Shown here: positions 32,144 to 42,785 of the stretch, piece by piece
Layout of the letters: every line of letters starts with the position of its first letter
Numbering within the stretch: the first letter of the stretch is position 1
NCBI GenBank assembly: GCA_963778795.1
Contig: CAVZVU010000002.1
Span: 120,052-184,051, forward strand
Direction: 5' to 3'
DNA length: 64,000 nt
Source: an uncultured Pseudomonadota bacterium
GTDB taxonomy: Bacteria; Myxococcota_A; Polyangia; Fen-1088
Translations under genes and position numbers: made by a program
The notes under the pieces: generated by a model
The model's database searches: none
What the model was told of the DNA's origin: nothing
The model's input: only the letters and a program-made list of their open reading frames with translations

Positions 32144-33772
32144 TCAACCTGGCGTGGCGGCGGCGTCGACGACGACGCCGGCGGGCGGATGCCCCACCGA
32201 CCAGGAGCAGAGATGGCCGTCGGCGCCCACGACGATGCGCCCCTTGACGGCGATCGGCGAGGTCCACTGGCGGACGCCGGCGCAGGTCCCGGTCCCACCG
32301 GTGAAGATCGGCGCGCCGGTGTCACCGTCGACGCCGTTCAGGACGTTGCCGTTCATGAACCAGACGATCGCGTCCTTCTTGCCGTCGCTGGTGGTCGCGA
32401 TCGGCGCCGGCGGACCAGCGGCGCCCCCGATCGGCACGCACCACAGTACTTGTGGACGCGGCGGCGCGCCCGGAGGAATCGCCACCGACATCACGACGCG
32501 CCCGCTGCCGACGTTCGCGCCGGCCGGGCATTGCGCGGCGGCGTCGGTCGCCAGCGCGACGTGAACCCGCTGACTCGAGGTGTAGGCGGTCGGCACGGTG
32601 TGGATCGAATTGCCGAGCGAGACCACGAAGTCGACCAACTGCCCGCCGAGGCCGCCGAGGTTCCCGCTGTCGAGCAGGTACATGTGCCCGTCCTTGGACA
32701 GCGCCATCACGTAGGACGACGGCGTCGCGCCCGGCACCTGCAAGAACATCGGGTTGTTCGACGCGAAGTCGGCGTCGGCGCGGTCCATGCCGTACCAGCT
32801 GGTCGGATAAAAATGGTTACTGCCGCTGGCCCGCTCCAAGGTGCCGAGGCCGGTGATGCGGACGATCTCCTCGCTGTCGAGGTGGGTCGCCGCCCCCGCG
32901 GTGTTGTTCCCGGTCGACGCGAAGACGCCATCGCCGTCCGACGCCATTCCGCCTGCCGCCCAGATCCCCTCGCCCTGCCCGCCCGTCGCCCAGGCGCCCG
33001 CTTCCGTCGGCTTCTTGGCATTGATGGCCACGACCCAGCCGTGGTAGGGGCCGCAATCCCCGATGTGACCGCCGTACGCGACGTAGAGGATGCCGCGCAC
33101 CAGCGACAGCGCGCTGCGCTGGTTCTCCGGCGAAGGCATGAACGGAAGCGGCGGGCCGCCGTCGGCCGACGGCGCGGTGATGGTCGATACGTCGACCGGC
33201 CAGCCGGCGCGCTCGGAGCCGTCGTCGACCGACAACGCGTGGACCTCGTGCCGTTCGATCTTGGCGCCGCTGCCGACGGCGCCGGCGACGTAGATCGTCC
33301 GTGCGCCGGCGTCGATCACCGGCGTGCTGAGGATCCCGATCGGCGAGATGTTGCCGCAGCCGGCGCCGCTGGCCGTCGGCGAGGGACCGATGTTGTGGGT
33401 CCAGACGACGGCGCCGGTGGTCTCGTCGAGCGCGAACACGTCGTTGCCGGTGGTCACCGCGAAGAAGATCCCGCGGCCGCCCGGGCCGTTCTCGAGATAG
33501 AGGGGTGACGCGAACATGGCGCCGGTGAACGTGGCCTGAAAGCCGGTGTCGAAGGTCATCGTCGCCGCCGCCGCCCGGGTCAGCGCGGGCTGGACGAAGT
33601 GGCCGTCGCGCGAAGGGTGGTTGTTCCGCTCCAGCACGGAGTTCGTGGTCGACGAGCCGTTCGAGCAGCTGGGCGTGAACAGGAGCGCGGCGCCCAGCGC
33701 GACGCCCGACGCCGTGACGACCGCGGCGACCAACATCGCGATCGAAATCGCGGACGACGAACGCTTCATCAC
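32144..33772 (-). CDS. PQQ-like beta-propeller exported lipoprotein
   Basis: Signal peptide, VFALDETTGAVVW, GILSTPVID, NQRSAL, YHGWV, GIWAAGG. Confidence 0.8.
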   Translation of the reverse strand: MMKRSSSAISIAMLVAAVVTASGVALGAALLFTPSCSNGSSTTNSVLERNNHPSRDGHFVQPALTRAAAATMTFDTGFQATFTGAMFASPLYLENGPGGRGIFFAVTTGNDVFALDETTGAVVWTHNIGPSPTASGAGCGNISPIGILSTPVIDAGARTIYVAGAVGSGAKIERHEVHALSVDDGSERAGWPVDVSTITAPSADGGPPLPFMPSPENQRSALSLVRGILYVAYGGHIGDCGPYHGWVVAINAKKPTEAGAWATGGQGEGIWAAGGMASDGDGVFASTGNNTAGAATHLDSEEIVRITGLGTLERASGSNHFYPTSWYGMDRADADFASNNPMFLQVPGATPSSYVMALSKDGHMYLLDSGNLGGLGGQLVDFVVSLGNSIHTVPTAYTSSQRVHVALATDAAAQCPAGANVGSGRVVMSVAIPPGAPPRPQVLWCVPIGGAAGPPAPIATTSDGKKDAIVWFMNGNVLNGVDGDTGAPIFTGGTGTCAGVRQWTSPIAVKGRIVVGADGHLCSWSVGHPPAGVVVDAAATPG

Positions 33773-33788
33773 CGCACCTCCGCTAAGG

Positions 33789-34529
33789 CTATTTTTGAAA
33801 GACGCGCAGCAACCGCTTGATCGGATCGTAGAACTGATCGACGACGCGCTCCTTCATCGGAATGATCGCGTTGTCGGTGATCGTGATGCTCTCGGGACAG
33901 ACCTTGGTGCAACACTTGGTGATGTTGCAGTAGCCGATGCCGTGCTGCTCTTTCAGCTCCGCGGTCCGATCCTCTACGTCGAGCGGGTGCATCTCCAGCG
34001 CCGCGGCGTAGACCAGGTGGCGCGGACCGATGAACTCCTCGTGCTTGTGGTGGTCACGCAGCACGTGGCAGACGTCCTGGCACAGGAAGCACTCGATGCA
34101 CTTGCGAAACTCCTGCACGCGCTCGATGTCTTCTTGCTGCATGCGCCAGGTCCCGTCGGCGGCGTCGGGGGCGCGCGGCTTGAACTTCTTGATGCTCTTC
34201 TTGGCCTTGAAGTTCCACGACACGTCGGTGACCAGATCGCGGATCGACGGGAAGGCGTGGATCGGCTCGATGGTGATCGGCTCCGCGGTCGGCAGCGTGT
34301 TCATGCGGGTCATGCACATCAGCTTCGGCATGCCGTTGATCTCCGCCGAGCACGAGCCGCACTTGCCGGCCTTGCAGTTCCAGCGCACCGCCAGATCGTT
34401 GGCCTGCTCGGCCTGGATCTGGTGAACGGCGTCGAGCACGACCATCCCTTCGGTGATGTCGGTGTCGTACTGCTTGAAGTCCCCCTTGCCCTTCTCGCCG
34501 CGCCAGATCTTGAACGCCACCTTGGCCAT
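33789..34529 (-). CDS. sdhB: Succinate dehydrogenase/fumarate reductase iron-sulfur subunit
   Basis: WNCKAGKCGSC, CIECFLCQDVC, CNITKCCTKVCP. Confidence 0.96.
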   Translation of the reverse strand: MAKVAFKIWRGEKGKGDFKQYDTDITEGMVVLDAVHQIQAEQANDLAVRWNCKAGKCGSCSAEINGMPKLMCMTRMNTLPTAEPITIEPIHAFPSIRDLVTDVSWNFKAKKSIKKFKPRAPDAADGTWRMQQEDIERVQEFRKCIECFLCQDVCHVLRDHHKHEEFIGPRHLVYAAALEMHPLDVEDRTAELKEQHGIGYCNITKCCTKVCPESITITDNAIIPMKERVVDQFYDPIKRLLRVFQK

Positions 34530-34531
34530 CG

Positions 34532-36362
34532 CTACTTGTTCTCCTCGACGACCTGCTTCAGATCGGCGCGCAACTCGGGGATCGGCTCGCGCCGCAGCTG
34601 CAGTCGCCCGTCGGGACCCTTCCTGCACACCAGGTTGAACGACCCGTAGGCCCCTTCCTTGTTGGGGAAGTCCTCGCGGAAGTGACCACCGCGGCTCTCC
34701 TTGCGCTCCAGCGCCGAGCGCGCGATCGCCTCGGAGCAGACCAGCAGGTTGCTGCAGGTCGACCGCGGTGTGCCAGCCCGGGTTGTACTCGCGGTTGCCG
34801 GTGATGGCGACCTTCGCGGCGCGCTGGCGCAGCCCTTCGATCGCGTCGACGGCGTGAGCCATCTCCTTTTCGCTGCGCACGATCCCGACGTTGGCCTGCA
34901 TCAGGTCCTGCAGCTCGTACTGGATCTTGTACGGCCCTTCGGCGTCCGGGGTCGCGCCGGCGGCGCCGCGGTCGAACGGCGCCAGGGCGGCGCGCGCCGC
35001 CCCGTCGATCTGGGCGGCGGACACCTGCGGCGCCGGGTGTTCCTTGGCGAACTTGGCCGCGTACTCGCCGGCGCGCTTGCCGAACACCAGCAGGTCGGAC
35101 AGCGAGTTGCCGCCCAACCGATTGGCGCCGTGCAGCCCGGCGGCGCACTCGCCGGCCGCGAACAGCCCCGGCACGGTCGACATCTGGGTGTCGGCGTCGA
35201 CGCGAATGCCACCCATGATGTAGTGGGTGGTCGGGCCGATCTCCATCGGCGTCTCGGTGATGTCCAGGTCGGCCAGCTGCTTGAACTGGTGGTACATGCT
35301 CGGCAGCTTCTTCTTGATGTGCTCGGCGCCCGCCGGCACGCGCGACTTGATCCAGGCGATGTCGAGGAACACGCCACCGTGCGGGCTGCCGCGCCCCTCG
35401 CGCACCTCGCGGTTGATGCAGCGGGCGACGTGGTCGCGCGTCAGCAGCTCGGGCGGGCGGCGCGAGTTCTTGTCGCCCTGGGTGTAGCGCCAGCCCTCTT
35501 CCTCGTTGTCGGCGGTCTGAGCTTTGTAGTTGTCGGGAATGTCGTCGAACATGAATCGACGGCCGTCCTTGTTGCGCAGCACCCCACCCTCGCCGCGCAC
35601 GCCCTCGGTCACCAGGATGCCGCGCACGCTGGGCGGCCAGACCATGCCGGTCGGGTGGAACTGCACGAACTCCATGTCCATCAGATCGGCGCCCGCCTCG
35701 TAGGCCAGCGCCTGTCCGTCGCCGGTGTACTCCCAGCTGTTGCTGGTGATCTTGAACGCGCGGCCGACGCCGCCGGTGGCGAAGACGACCGCCTTGGCGC
35801 GGAACACGCGCAGGAAGCCACGCTCGCGGTCGTAGCCGAAGGCGCCCGCGATGCGATCGCCGTCCTTCAGCAGGGTCGTGACCGTGTGTTCCATGTAGAC
35901 CTGGATCCCCTGATGGATCCCGTGGTCCTGCAGCGTGCGGATCATCTCCAGGCCGGTGCGATCGCCGACGTGGGCCAGGCGCGGATAGCGGTGGCCTCCG
36001 AAGTTGCGCTGCAGAATCTTGCCGTCCTTGGTGCGATCGAAGACCGCGCCCCAGGCCTCGAGCTCGCGCACGCGGTCGGGCGCCTCCTTGGCGTGCAGCT
36101 CGGCCATGCGCCAGTTGTTCAGGTACTGCCCGCCGCGCATCGTATCGGCGAAGTGCACCTTCCATCCGTCGCGATCGTCGACGTTGGCCAGCGCGGCGGC
36201 GACGCCCCCCTCCGCCATCACGGTGTGGGCCTTGCCCAGCAAGGACTTACAGACGAGACCGACGGACACGCCGGCCGCCGAGGCCTCGATGGCGGCGCGC
36301 AACCCGGCGCCGCCGGCCCCGATCACCAGCACGTCGTGCTCGTGGGTTTGATACTCGGCCAT
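34532..36362 (-). CDS. sdhA: Succinate dehydrogenase/fumarate reductase flavoprotein; frameshift near 34750
   Basis: VIGAGGAG, KAHTVMAEGG (FAD His), QFHPTG, HYIMGG, HGANRLGGNSL, ESRGGH in the shifted frame. Confidence 0.96.
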
Positions 36363-37165
36363 TAGATGATTCTCCAGTCGGTGATGACACCCATCGAACA
36401 AAGGCGGACGTAGACGTCGGTCAGCGCGACGCCAAACAAGCTGAACCACGCCCATCGCGGGTGACCCCGATTGAGACAGCTCACACAGTCATAGGCGCGC
36501 TTGCGCATCGGGTTGCGCGAGAACTGATCGAGAAACCCGCCGACCAGATGCCGCAACGAGTGGCAACCCAGGGTGTAGCCGCCGATGAGCACGACGTTCA
36601 GCAAGAGAATCAGCGATCCGACGCCAACGCCGAACTTCTCGTGGCCGGTGGTCGGATCGTTGAACCAGAAGCCCTTCCAGGCGTCGTGCGACAGGATGAC
36701 AATGAAGAGCAGCGCGAAGTACAGCGCGTACCGGTGCAGGTTCTGGATGATGAGCGGCAGCTTGGCCTCGCCCCGGTAGTCATGCCGGGGCTCGCCGACG
36801 GCGCAGGAGACCGGGTCGGCCCAGAACGCCTTGTAGTAGGCGCCACGGTAGTAGTAGCAGGACATCCGGAACGCCAGCGGGAAGACCAGGATCAACATCG
36901 CCGGCGAGAACTTCACGAAGGGGAGCCAGGGCCACCGCCAGGGGCCGAAGAGGCTATGCGGGGAATTCCCGAATAGCTCCGGCGAATAGAACGGCGACAG
37001 GTAGTTGCCGAAGTAGTAGTGCTCGCCCTGCAGCAGCGCCCACGTCGTGTAGATCACGAACGAGCTGAAGACCACCAGGGTTATCAGGGACTGCAACCAC
37101 CAGGCGTCCTTGCGGCGGGTCTGACCGAAACGCAGGCGCTCGAGAGGGACATCAACGGGAGCCAT
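36362..37165 (-). CDS. Sdh membrane anchor of the mycobacterial Sdh1 (Rv0249c) type
   Basis: YLSPFYSP, FRMSCYYYRGAYYKAFW, QNLHRY, YTLGCHSLRH; first gene of the sdh operon. Confidence 0.85.
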   Translation of the reverse strand: MAPVDVPLERLRFGQTRRKDAWWLQSLITLVVFSSFVIYTTWALLQGEHYYFGNYLSPFYSPELFGNSPHSLFGPWRWPWLPFVKFSPAMLILVFPLAFRMSCYYYRGAYYKAFWADPVSCAVGEPRHDYRGEAKLPLIIQNLHRYALYFALLFIVILSHDAWKGFWFNDPTTGHEKFGVGVGSLILLLNVVLIGGYTLGCHSLRHLVGGFLDQFSRNPMRKRAYDCVSCLNRGHPRWAWFSLFGVALTDVYVRLCSMGVITDWRII

Positions 37166-37655
37166 TTACATTTTCCTCGCACACCCACGGGGCGGCGCGG
37201 GCGTCAGTGTATGCATGTGGACGAAAGTTTCAACGTCCTTCCCGATCCTGCGACGATCGTCCGACGGTTCGGCTCGGTTCTGCGACGGACTTGGCACAAC
37301 GGGCTTGCCGGCGGCGCGCGCGAGGCGTATGTGGGACTCGCACGGATGTTCGATTGATCAATCCCCCGATTGGCGGTCCCACCTGCCCTCTCTGCGCCTC
37401 GCTGCACTTCGCCTGCACTCGATCGTCCGCGCGATTCCTGAGCCGAATCTGTGTCCGGTTTGAACCTACCCGCAGACTCCGATTCTCGCGACGAGGCGCT
37501 CCGCGTCGGCCGGCGGCGCGCCGTCCAACAATGCACGCCGCCGACGCAGAGCCACGCGACCTTCCGCTTAACCTTTTTTGAGCTTTAGAGTAATTTTAGG
37601 TGACGCATTTCACTTCCCCACGGCACTAATCTGGGAAGACGATAGGGAGGCCTCT

Positions 37656-38753
37656 ATGCACCGCACGAACGCGCTCATCGTGAGCTTTGTCAGCTTGGGT
37701 CTGTTGGTGGGATGTACCTGGTCCCCGGAAGCGAACGTCAATGGGGGCGGTCAGGCCGGTGGCGCCGGGCACAACAACAACGGCGGCGTCGGCGGAACCG
37801 GGGTCGGCTTTGACGGCGGGCCCGGGCCTACCCAGGATGCGAACTGCGGTATCACCAACCACCAGGGGAATCGGCTGCCGCCCGACCTGCTGCTGGTGTT
37901 CGATAAGTCCGGATCGATGGAAGAGGACCCCGCCACCGGACAAAACTGCCCGGGGGCGAACCCCCTCACCTGCCCCACCTCGAAGTGGATCGAGGCGACC
38001 ACGGCCGTGAACATGGCAGTCGCCAACACGCAGGACACGATTCGTTGGGGACTCAAGCTGTTTGCGAACGGCAACGCCTGCCAGGTCAACGCCGGTGCGG
38101 CCGTTCCAATCGCGCTCAACAACGCCGGAGCGATCATGACCGCCCTCGCGGGGCAAGCGCCCGGCGGCAGCACGCCGACCACGGCGGCGATCACCCGCGG
38201 TGGCGACTACCTGGCGACGCTCACCACGCCGAATCCACGGTTCCTGGTCCTGGTCACCGACGGACAGCCGACCTGCGGCCCGGGCGGTGGCAACAACCCG
38301 CCCGACGACGCCAACGCGATCGCCGCCGTGGCGACCCAGGCGACCCGCGGCTTTGGGACCTTCGTCGTCGGCATCAACAACCTGGTCGGCGCCAACGCCA
38401 ACGCAGCCGCCGCCACGCTGACGTCGATGTCGACCAATGGGCTGCATCCGCGGCCGGGCACGCCGAACTACTACGTCGTGTCCGATACCGCCGGTCTGGT
38501 GACCGCGCTCGAATCGATCGGAACCCAGGTCACTTCCTGCACGTTCACGCTCGACTCGGTTCCCCCGGATCCGAGCAACGTGAAGGTTCTGGGTAACAAC
38601 ACCGCCATCCCGGCGAACGACGTGAACGGCTGGGTGTATGAGCCGGGCATGCGCGCGGTGACCCTCAAGGGCAGCTACTGCGACGCCGTCACGGCCGGCA
38701 CCCTCACCAACGTCGTCGTGCTCTTCGGCTGCGTCGGGACGCCGATTCCGTAG
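37656..38753 (+). CDS. VWA-domain lipoprotein (CglB-like)
   Basis: LVG-C lipobox, MIDAS DKSGS, STPT, LVTDGQP, C-terminal SCTFTL..YCD Cys domain. Confidence 0.88.
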   Translation: MHRTNALIVSFVSLGLLVGCTWSPEANVNGGGQAGGAGHNNNGGVGGTGVGFDGGPGPTQDANCGITNHQGNRLPPDLLLVFDKSGSMEEDPATGQNCPGANPLTCPTSKWIEATTAVNMAVANTQDTIRWGLKLFANGNACQVNAGAAVPIALNNAGAIMTALAGQAPGGSTPTTAAITRGGDYLATLTTPNPRFLVLVTDGQPTCGPGGGNNPPDDANAIAAVATQATRGFGTFVVGINNLVGANANAAAATLTSMSTNGLHPRPGTPNYYVVSDTAGLVTALESIGTQVTSCTFTLDSVPPDPSNVKVLGNNTAIPANDVNGWVYEPGMRAVTLKGSYCDAVTAGTLTNVVVLFGCVGTPIP

Positions 38754-38789
38754 CCGATCCGAAACGACCGGAACGGCCGGCCGCGGCCG

Positions 38790-41700
38790 TCAAAAAATCC
38801 TGGCGTCTTCGGACGCCAGGATTTTTGCGTTTGCGGGGACGTCGCGCAGAAAGCGGCTGCGCCACGACGGCTCGCTGATGCGGGCAGCGCGCCCGAGCAG
38901 CCAATCGCGCGCCGCCGCCAGGGCCGCGCGCGCCTCGTCCCGGGCGCCGCTCTGCTCCAGGCAGTCCACCTGAACCAGCCGCACCGCGGCCTCGCCCTCC
39001 TCCAGCTCGCCCAGCGCCGCCAGGTCGGCGACCGCGCGCCGCGCCGCGACCACCGCCTCCCCGGTGCGCCCCTGCGCCAGCAGCGCCCGCGCGAAGACGC
39101 CCTGCGCCGCCACGCGCAGCGATGGCGCGACGCCGAGAACCTCGACCGCGCGCTCGGCCTCGGCCCGCGCACCGTCGAAATCGCCGGCGGCGACCAGGAT
39201 CTCGGCCAGGTAGGTGCGCGCCACCCCCTCCAGACGCTGGTCCCCCTGCTCGACGAAGCTGTCGATCGCCTCCTGCTCCAACCGCCGCGCCTCGCCGAGG
39301 TCTCCGCCCACGCCCAGCACCCGCCCCAGGTTGTGCAGGATCGCCGCGACCAGCTCGCGCAATCCCATGCGGCCGGCGGCGGTCAGCGCATGGCGCAGCG
39401 CCGCCTCGGCGCGCTGGAAGTCCCCGAGCTCGCAGTAGAGGTAGCCCATGTTGCAGCGGACGGTGCAGGCGTCGCGCAGGTCGCCCGCCTGCTCGAACGC
39501 CAGCAGCGCGGTCTCGAGCCCGCTCAACGACGCGCCGAGATCGCCGGCGATCGACGCCCGCACCGAGCGCACCTGATGCACCAGCGCCACCGCCTGGAGA
39601 TCGATCTCCGACAGATCGCCGGCCAGGTCGCCGATGATCGCCATCACCCGGTCGGCGACGGCGTGGCGGCCGCCGAACATCAGGTAGTTCGCTCCCCAGC
39701 ACAGGCAGATGATCTGGGCGCTGCGCGCACCGAAGTCGGGGACGATCCGGCTCACCTCGCCCACCTGAGCTTCGACCTCGTCCAGCTTGCCGAGCTTGGC
39801 CGCGGCGACGACCGCTTGGCCGAGCGCCCGCAAACCGAGCGCGCTGCCGGGCGACAGCTGGGCGGCCGCCTCGAGCGCGCAGCGCTCGGCCATCACCAGC
39901 TCGCCCCGCCAGACGTGCCCCTCGGCCTGGATCAACCGCAGCGCCCCCGCCTGCTCGCCCGCCGCGCCCCCCTCGACGCCGCGCTCGGCTCGCTCGATCG
40001 CGGCGGCGAGATCGTTGGCCTTGAGAGCGTCCTCGGCGGCGCGGCGGTACCACGCGATCGATCGCCCCGGCTCGTCGCCCAGCCGGAAGTGCTCGGCCAG
40101 CACCATGGTGTCGCCCGACCCCTTTTGTTCCAGCCACTCGCCTGCCAGGCGATGGCCGAGCGCGCGGTCGTCGTCGGTCAGCATCGCGTAGGCCGCCTCG
40201 CGCACCAGCGCGTGCGCGAACGTCAGCTCCAGATCGCCGGCGGCGCCTCCGGGCCGCGGCTCGGCGATCGGGATCCGCGCCAGCAGCTCGCGCGCGCACA
40301 GCAGGTCGAGCCAGTCGCCGACGCGCCCGCCGGCCGCCTCGCCGCCGAGCAAGAAGGTGACGCCGGCGCGCGAGAAGCGCTCGCCGAAGATGCTGGCGGC
40401 GCGCAGGATCCGACGCGCGTCGGGATCCTCGGCGTCGAGGCGCGCCTGCACCATCCCGATCACCGAATCGGGCAGTGATTCGCTGCGGCCGTCGGCCGCC
40501 GCGCGGATCAACTCCTCCAGGCAGAAAGCGTTGCCGTCGGCGCGATCGATGATCTGCTCGACGATCGTCTCGCCGACGTCGGTGCGCAGCGCCCCGCGCA
40601 CCAGCTTCTCCGCCGCCCGGCGCGGCAACGGCGACAGGCGGATCGTGTGCAGCTCGCGGTCCTGCCACAGCTGCGCGAAGCGGCTGTGGACGTCGGGGCG
40701 CGCCAGCGCCAGCACCATGAACGGCTGCTCGCGGAAATTGCGCAGGGCACCGTCGATGAAGCTGACCGTGCCCCAGTCGCCCCAGTGCAGGTCCTCGAGC
40801 ACGATCAGCACCGGCCCGGCGGCGCACTCCCCCGCCAGCCAATCCTCCCAGGCCCGGCGCATGCCGTCGCCCATCAGCTGCGGGTTCTGCCGCGCGGCCT
40901 GCAGCGCGCCGTTGTCGTCGTCGGCGTAAGCGATGCCGGCCATCTCGCCCAGGAACGCCGCCACCCGCCCGACCGAATCGGGGTCGACGTGGCGCGCGAC
41001 CCGGGCCGTCAGCTTGCGGCGCTTCTCGTCGCCGGGCTCGCCGTCCTGGATCCCGGCGGCGCGCTGGATCGCGCGCCCGAGCATGCCGAACGGCGAACCG
41101 GCCCCCAGCGAGTCGCCGACGCCGAACAGCACCTCGGCGCGCTCCGGCCGGCGCTGGACCCACTCGACCAGCTCCTGGCGCAGGCGCGATTTGCCGGCGC
41201 CGGCTGGCCCGGTGACCAGGACTGCGCTGGCGATCGACTCGGAGGCGGCGCTGGCGAACAGGTTGGTGAGCGTCGACATCTCGCGCCCGCGCCCCACGAA
41301 CTCGCTGATCTTGCCGAGCAGGTTGCGCTTGACCTCGAACACGTCGCGCTCGCCGCGCAGGAAGCGCAGGCTGCCGTCGCGGTGGATCTCGAAGCGCGCG
41401 TCCAGCAGCCCGGCCGCCATGTCGTCGAGCCGGATCGATCCGGGCGCCGTGCAGCGCAGCAGGCGCATGCCGCTGTCAATCACCTCACCGACGATCGACC
41501 GGGCCGAGAAGCGGCCGGGACCGGTCGCGATCACCAGCCCGACATCCGGGAAAGCGGCGCGCACGCGCAGCGCGCAGCGCGCCGCCGCCGCCGCCTGGTC
41601 GGTCGACTTGCCGCCGTCGGGCAGGGTCAACACCATCGACCCGTCGGGCAGCGGATACACCCGGGCGCCGTGGGCGCTCGCAAGCTCGGTCTCGAGCGCT

Positions 41701-42776
41701 TCGAGCATCGACATCGGGGGTCCGCCGCCGCGCGCGCCGTTCCCCTCGTCGTCGTCGTCAGCGCCCGAGATGCGCACCGTCCGCCCGCGCCACTTGCGGT
41801 CGTCGCTGGGCGACGGCCCCGCGAGCACGACGCAGGCGATCCTCTGTTCGATGGTGGTGAGCGACGCGGGCGGCAGCGATCGCCGAGTGCTGGCGCCGGC
41901 TTCGGAGATCGGACCCAGCTGGTCGAGCGCGTCCAGCACCGCGGGCATGTCGGGAAAGCGCTGCGCCGGATCCTTGGCGAGCATGCGCGCCACCAGCTCG
42001 TCCAGCGCCGCGGGCAGCCGCGGGACCAGCTCGCGCACGCGCGGCGCGTCCTGCAGCAGGATCTTCGCCAGCAGCGCCGATGACTCCTCGGCTTCGAAGA
42101 CCGGCCGCCCGGTCAGACACTGAAACATCACACAGCCGAGCGAGAAGACGTCGGCGCAGGCGGTCACGCTGCGCTCGCCGCGCACCAACTCGGGCGCCAG
42201 GTAGCCGGGCGTCCCGACGACCGCCCCGGTGCGCGTCAGGCTGCGTCCCCCCTGCGCCAACCGGGCGATGCCGAAGTCGAGCACCTTGGCGCGGCCGATG
42301 TCGCCGCCGGGCAGGAACAGGTTCTCCGGCTTGACGTCGCGATGAATGATGCCGCGCCCATGCGCGTAGCCCAGCGCCTCGGCGGCGCGCCGGATCACGA
42401 ACAGCGCGTCGGTCATCGAGACCGCCTGGCGCGCGATCCGGCCCGCCAGGTCCTCCCCTTCCAGCCACTCCATCGCCAGGAACGGATCACCCGACTCGTC
42501 GACGCCGTGGGCCAGGTAGCGCACGATCGCCGGGTGCGACAGCTCGGCCAGGATCGCCGCCTCCTGCTCGAAGCGCCGCCGGTCGTGCAGCGCGCGGCCG
42601 TTCAGAATCTTGATGGCGACCGGAAGGCCGGTCACCAGGTCGATGGCCCGGAAGACCGTTCCCATGCCGCCCGACCCGGCCTCGCGCTCGAGATGGAAGC
42701 GGCCCGCGACGACGATGTCGGGCGCCGTCGGCAGCGGACACGGCGGATCGGCGAATTGACCGGTGCCCGATGCCAT
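38790..42776 (-). CDS. Ser/Thr kinase + degenerate cyclase-like + AAA (STAND) + TPR protein
   Basis: GSGGMG, VAIK, HRDVKPEN, DFG, GPAGAGKS Walker A, VLEDLHW Walker B, TPR-like helices; no TM segment. Confidence 0.93.
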   Translation of the reverse strand: MASGTGQFADPPCPLPTAPDIVVAGRFHLEREAGSGGMGTVFRAIDLVTGLPVAIKILNGRALHDRRRFEQEAAILAELSHPAIVRYLAHGVDESGDPFLAMEWLEGEDLAGRIARQAVSMTDALFVIRRAAEALGYAHGRGIIHRDVKPENLFLPGGDIGRAKVLDFGIARLAQGGRSLTRTGAVVGTPGYLAPELVRGERSVTACADVFSLGCVMFQCLTGRPVFEAEESSALLAKILLQDAPRVRELVPRLPAALDELVARMLAKDPAQRFPDMPAVLDALDQLGPISEAGASTRRSLPPASLTTIEQRIACVVLAGPSPSDDRKWRGRTVRISGADDDDEGNGARGGGPPMSMLEALETELASAHGARVYPLPDGSMVLTLPDGGKSTDQAAAAARCALRVRAAFPDVGLVIATGPGRFSARSIVGEVIDSGMRLLRCTAPGSIRLDDMAAGLLDARFEIHRDGSLRFLRGERDVFEVKRNLLGKISEFVGRGREMSTLTNLFASAASESIASAVLVTGPAGAGKSRLRQELVEWVQRRPERAEVLFGVGDSLGAGSPFGMLGRAIQRAAGIQDGEPGDEKRRKLTARVARHVDPDSVGRVAAFLGEMAGIAYADDDNGALQAARQNPQLMGDGMRRAWEDWLAGECAAGPVLIVLEDLHWGDWGTVSFIDGALRNFREQPFMVLALARPDVHSRFAQLWQDRELHTIRLSPLPRRAAEKLVRGALRTDVGETIVEQIIDRADGNAFCLEELIRAAADGRSESLPDSVIGMVQARLDAEDPDARRILRAASIFGERFSRAGVTFLLGGEAAGGRVGDWLDLLCARELLARIPIAEPRPGGAAGDLELTFAHALVREAAYAMLTDDDRALGHRLAGEWLEQKGSGDTMVLAEHFRLGDEPGRSIAWYRRAAEDALKANDLAAAIERAERGVEGGAAGEQAGALRLIQAEGHVWRGELVMAERCALEAAAQLSPGSALGLRALGQAVVAAAKLGKLDEVEAQVGEVSRIVPDFGARSAQIICLCWGANYLMFGGRHAVADRVMAIIGDLAGDLSEIDLQAVALVHQVRSVRASIAGDLGASLSGLETALLAFEQAGDLRDACTVRCNMGYLYCELGDFQRAEAALRHALTAAGRMGLRELVAAILHNLGRVLGVGGDLGEARRLEQEAIDSFVEQGDQRLEGVARTYLAEILVAAGDFDGARAEAERAVEVLGVAPSLRVAAQGVFARALLAQGRTGEAVVAARRAVADLAALGELEEGEAAVRLVQVDCLEQSGARDEARAALAAARDWLLGRAARISEPSWRSRFLRDVPANAKILASEDARIF
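38793..38826. terminator. Bidirectional intrinsic terminator with UUCG loop
   Basis: AAAAATCCTGGCGTC-TTCG-GACGCCAGGATTTTT between convergent genes, inside the kinase's last codons. Confidence 0.85.
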
Positions 42777-42785
42777 CCGACGGCC

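Noticed and set aside
33789-36455. 888-aa SdhA-SdhB fusion
   Set aside because: A frameshift near 34750 joins the frames; the normal SdhA end (ESRGGH...EENK*) is in another frame and SdhB has its own start.
37439-37470. Third TGAGCCG promoter copy upstream of the VWA gene
   Set aside because: The -35-like box is present but GCTACT is absent at the right spacing.
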